Positions 61,744-64,000 of a stretch of DNA of 64,000 bases are shown piece after piece. The translations under genes and the position numbers were made by a program. Source of the DNA: an uncultured Gemmatimonadales bacterium (lineage in GTDB: Bacteria > Gemmatimonadota > Gemmatimonadetes > Gemmatimonadales > GWC2-71-9); contig CAWJIM010000019.1 of the NCBI GenBank assembly GCA_963842945.1, positions 320,001 to 384,000 on the forward strand. The letters run 5' to 3'. Positions within the stretch are counted from its first letter, which is position 1, and each line of letters begins with the position of its first letter. The notes below the pieces were generated by a model. The model saw only the letters and a program-made list of their open reading frames with translations, had not been told where the DNA came from and did not search any database.

Positions 61744-62817
61744 ATGAGCGACGCACCCATCGATCAGAAACCGCGCATCCGGCTGACCGCCCTTTCGCAC
61801 GGCGCCGGTTGAGCCTGCAAGCTCGGCCCCGCCGATCTGGCGCAGGTCCTGCGCCTTCTGCCGAGTGTGGAGGATCCCCGCGTTCTCGTCGACGCCGCCA
61901 CGAGGGATGACGCCGCGGTTTTTCTGTTGTCTCCCGATCGAGCGCTGGTATCGACCGTGGACTTTTTCACGCCCATCGTGGACGACCCCTCCGCCTGGGG
62001 CGCCATCGCCGTCGCCAACGCGCTGAGCGATATCTACGCGATGGGAGCAACTCCGTTGTTCGGGCTCAACCTGGTGGGCTGGCCCCGGGAGCAGCTGCCC
62101 TTCGAAGTCCTGGGGAAAGTGCTTGAGGGAGCGGCCGATGTTGCCCGGAGAGCCAAGTGCCTGGTCCTCGGGGGTCATTCGATCGACTCGGCCGAGCCAA
62201 TGTTCGGTATGGCGGTGGTGGGAGAGGTCCATCCGGACCGGATGCTCACCAACGCCGGCGCCTGCGCCGGTGACCGGCTGGTGCTCACCAAGCCGCTGGG
62301 AACCGGGATCCTGGCGACCGCGCTCAAGCGCGACGCTCTCCTCGAAACCGGAATGACTGAGGCAGTCCGCTCCATGACCACGCTGAACGACGGCGCCGCC
62401 CGAGCCGCACTCAGGGTCGGAGTCAGCGCCGCCACCGACGTGACCGGCTTCGGACTGCTGGGACATCTGACCAACATCCTGGATGCGAGCAAGGTGGCGG
62501 CCGAGATCGCCTTCGACAGCGTCCCCGTACTTCCGCACACGCGAAATCTCGCCTCCCGCGGAGTGATTCCCGGGGGCACTCAGCGTAACCTCGCCGCAGC
62601 TGACCGGGTGGAGTGGGCGCCCGACCTGACCGTCACTGACCGTTATCTCTGCGTGGACGCGCAGACTTCTGGTGGCCTGCTGTTGGTGGTGCCTCGCGAG
62701 CACGAGGCCGCGTTGCTGGCGGCGCTGGTCGAGGAGGGAACTCCTGCGGCTGCGGTAATCGGTCGCATTGTGGCCGGCAGCCCGGGTACTATCCGGGTCA
62801 GTCGGCAGCTGGGCTAG
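61744..62817 (+). CDS. selD: Selenophosphate synthetase, selenocysteine-containing (UGA at 61810-61812)
   Basis: GGAGGAGG SD; RLTALSHGAG-U-ACKLGP; DDAAV, DFFTP, NALSDIYAMG, GGHS, TDVTGFGLLGH, DAQTSGGLL. Confidence 0.95.
61839..61855 (+). promoter_or_regulatory. Candidate bacterial SECIS hairpin
   Basis: GGCGCAG-GTC-CTGCGCC stem-loop, loop G 34 nt after UGA. Confidence 0.6.
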
Positions 62818-62877
62818 CCCCCGTTCCTTGCTGGCCTATCGGAACTCTTGGCAAATCTGGAAGAACGGAGTTGGTAG

Positions 62878-63102
62878 ATGTCTACAGTTCGCTGGACCAC
62901 TGAACGCATGGATCAGTTGGAACGGGCGGCCAGGGACGGCCTCCGGGTCGCCCTATCGCGCCGGGGAACCGAGTATGTCGTGGTGGCCCAGCGGGTCACC
63001 TCGATCGACCAACACGAGGCGCTGGTCGGCTGGCTGCCCATGACGGGTGAAGAGCTCACCTTTCGCCTGGAAGAGATCGAGAGCTTTCAGGTGATCGAGT
63101 GA
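62878..63102 (+). CDS. Small hypothetical protein
   Basis: GGAG upstream; GTGA coupling to rnhA. Confidence 0.7.
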   Translation: MSTVRWTTERMDQLERAARDGLRVALSRRGTEYVVVAQRVTSIDQHEALVGWLPMTGEELTFRLEEIESFQVIE

Positions 63103-63719
63103 GCCGGGTGGCCATCGTTCATCTGGATGAGAGCTGCCTGGGAAACGGTCGCGAAGGTGAGAACCCGGGTGGAGCGGGTGGTTTGATCGAGGCCCGGGCC
63201 TCCAAGCAGATTCAGCGCCGCGACTTCTACAGCTACACCCCGAACAGCACCAACAACCGGATGGCCCTGAGTGGGGCCATCACTGCGCTTCGAATCCTGG
63301 CTGGAAAGCGCAATCGTCTTCGAGTGCTCATGGTCTCCGATTCCGAGTATCTGGTGAAGGGTATGCGGGAATGGGCCCCCGGCTGGGCCTCCCGCGGTTG
63401 GGTTCGGAAGGCCGGCCCGATCGAAAACCTGGAGTTGTGGCAAAACCTGGCGGAGACCGCCCGTTTGCATGAGGTACAGTGGACCTGGGTTCGGGGCCAC
63501 CAGGGACACCCCAAGAACGAATACGCCAACGACCTGGCGATCGCCGCAGCTCGCGGTGGCAAGAGCTCGGAGGGTGCCATTGATTCGGGGTTTTTACCCT
63601 GGCTCGAGATCAAACAGGCCAAGGGAAAGTTTGTCGGGTACGATCCCGACGTGGCCTTTGCCACGCTGGAAAGGAGGGTTGCGGAAGGCGAGAGCTTTCC
63701 CCTGGCCGAGAAGGTGTAA
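63099..63719 (+). CDS. rnhA: Ribonuclease HI
   Basis: DESCLGN, TNNRM, SDSEY, N.ELW, WVRGH.GHPKNE.ANDLA. Confidence 0.88.
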   Translation: MSRVAIVHLDESCLGNGREGENPGGAGGLIEARASKQIQRRDFYSYTPNSTNNRMALSGAITALRILAGKRNRLRVLMVSDSEYLVKGMREWAPGWASRGWVRKAGPIENLELWQNLAETARLHEVQWTWVRGHQGHPKNEYANDLAIAAARGGKSSEGAIDSGFLPWLEIKQAKGKFVGYDPDVAFATLERRVAEGESFPLAEKV

Positions 63720-63834
63720 CCTCCCCTCAGCGAGCCCAACCCCTCAGCACGAAACCTGCTGGCAGCCGCGGCAGTTAGACCGTCAAATTCCGGTGCAAAG
63801 AATTGCGTCCCTGAGCCGAGCCAGGAGAGCATAC

Positions 63835-64000
63835 GTGGATCTGGAGCGACTCTTTCGTCAGATCGTGCTGAACCTTGCCACCAGAGATCCTGGCGGTCTT
63901 CGCCGAGCCCTTAGCCTGGCCGAGGTCCGGGACGGGGTTATTCCCTATCGAGCCAACCGGCGAGCCCTCGGCATCGAGACCAGCGAAGACTACGAGTTGG
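63835..64000 (+). CDS. Hypothetical protein, N-terminal part (runs off window)
   Basis: AGGAGA SD; MDLERLFRQIVLNL..IPYRANRRALGIETSEDYEL open to window end. Confidence 0.6.
   Translation, partial: MDLERLFRQIVLNLATRDPGGLRRALSLAEVRDGVIPYRANRRALGIETSEDYEL

Noticed and set aside
63723..63748. CCCCTCAGC direct repeat after rnhA
   Set aside because: Two short copies only, with no supporting context
63791..63807. Sigma54-like GGTGCAAAGAATTGC
   Set aside because: GG-GC spacing is 11, not the required 10

Overview
GC-rich, gene-dense bacterial chromosomal window. Gene content suggests a Gemmatimonadota-like genome, which is an unverified inference. No rRNA, tRNA, CRISPR array or mobile element was recognised. 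Blocks in order: an MCP end, cupredoxin and peptidase/lepB cluster; an RND efflux operon flanked by two His-less HPt-like proteins; a polyamine uptake/catabolism locus (gabT-potABC-puuB-like-potD-patA) divergent from a carboxyspermidine-dehydrogenase-like gene plus ALDH across a highly structured leader; a small sugar-modification cassette; a membrane two-component system linked to an animal-type ferrochelatase, convergent with hemA; gyrA-dehydratase-DGC-Ser/Thr kinase; an ECF sigma/anti-sigma/secreted HEAT-repeat/outer-membrane locus with a repeated promoter motif; a hidden histone-H1-like repeat protein; GH15; an amidohydrolase; a selenocysteine-type selD; and rnhA. About ten genes carry single-base indels, most likely sequencing errors, which split real genes in the ORF track.
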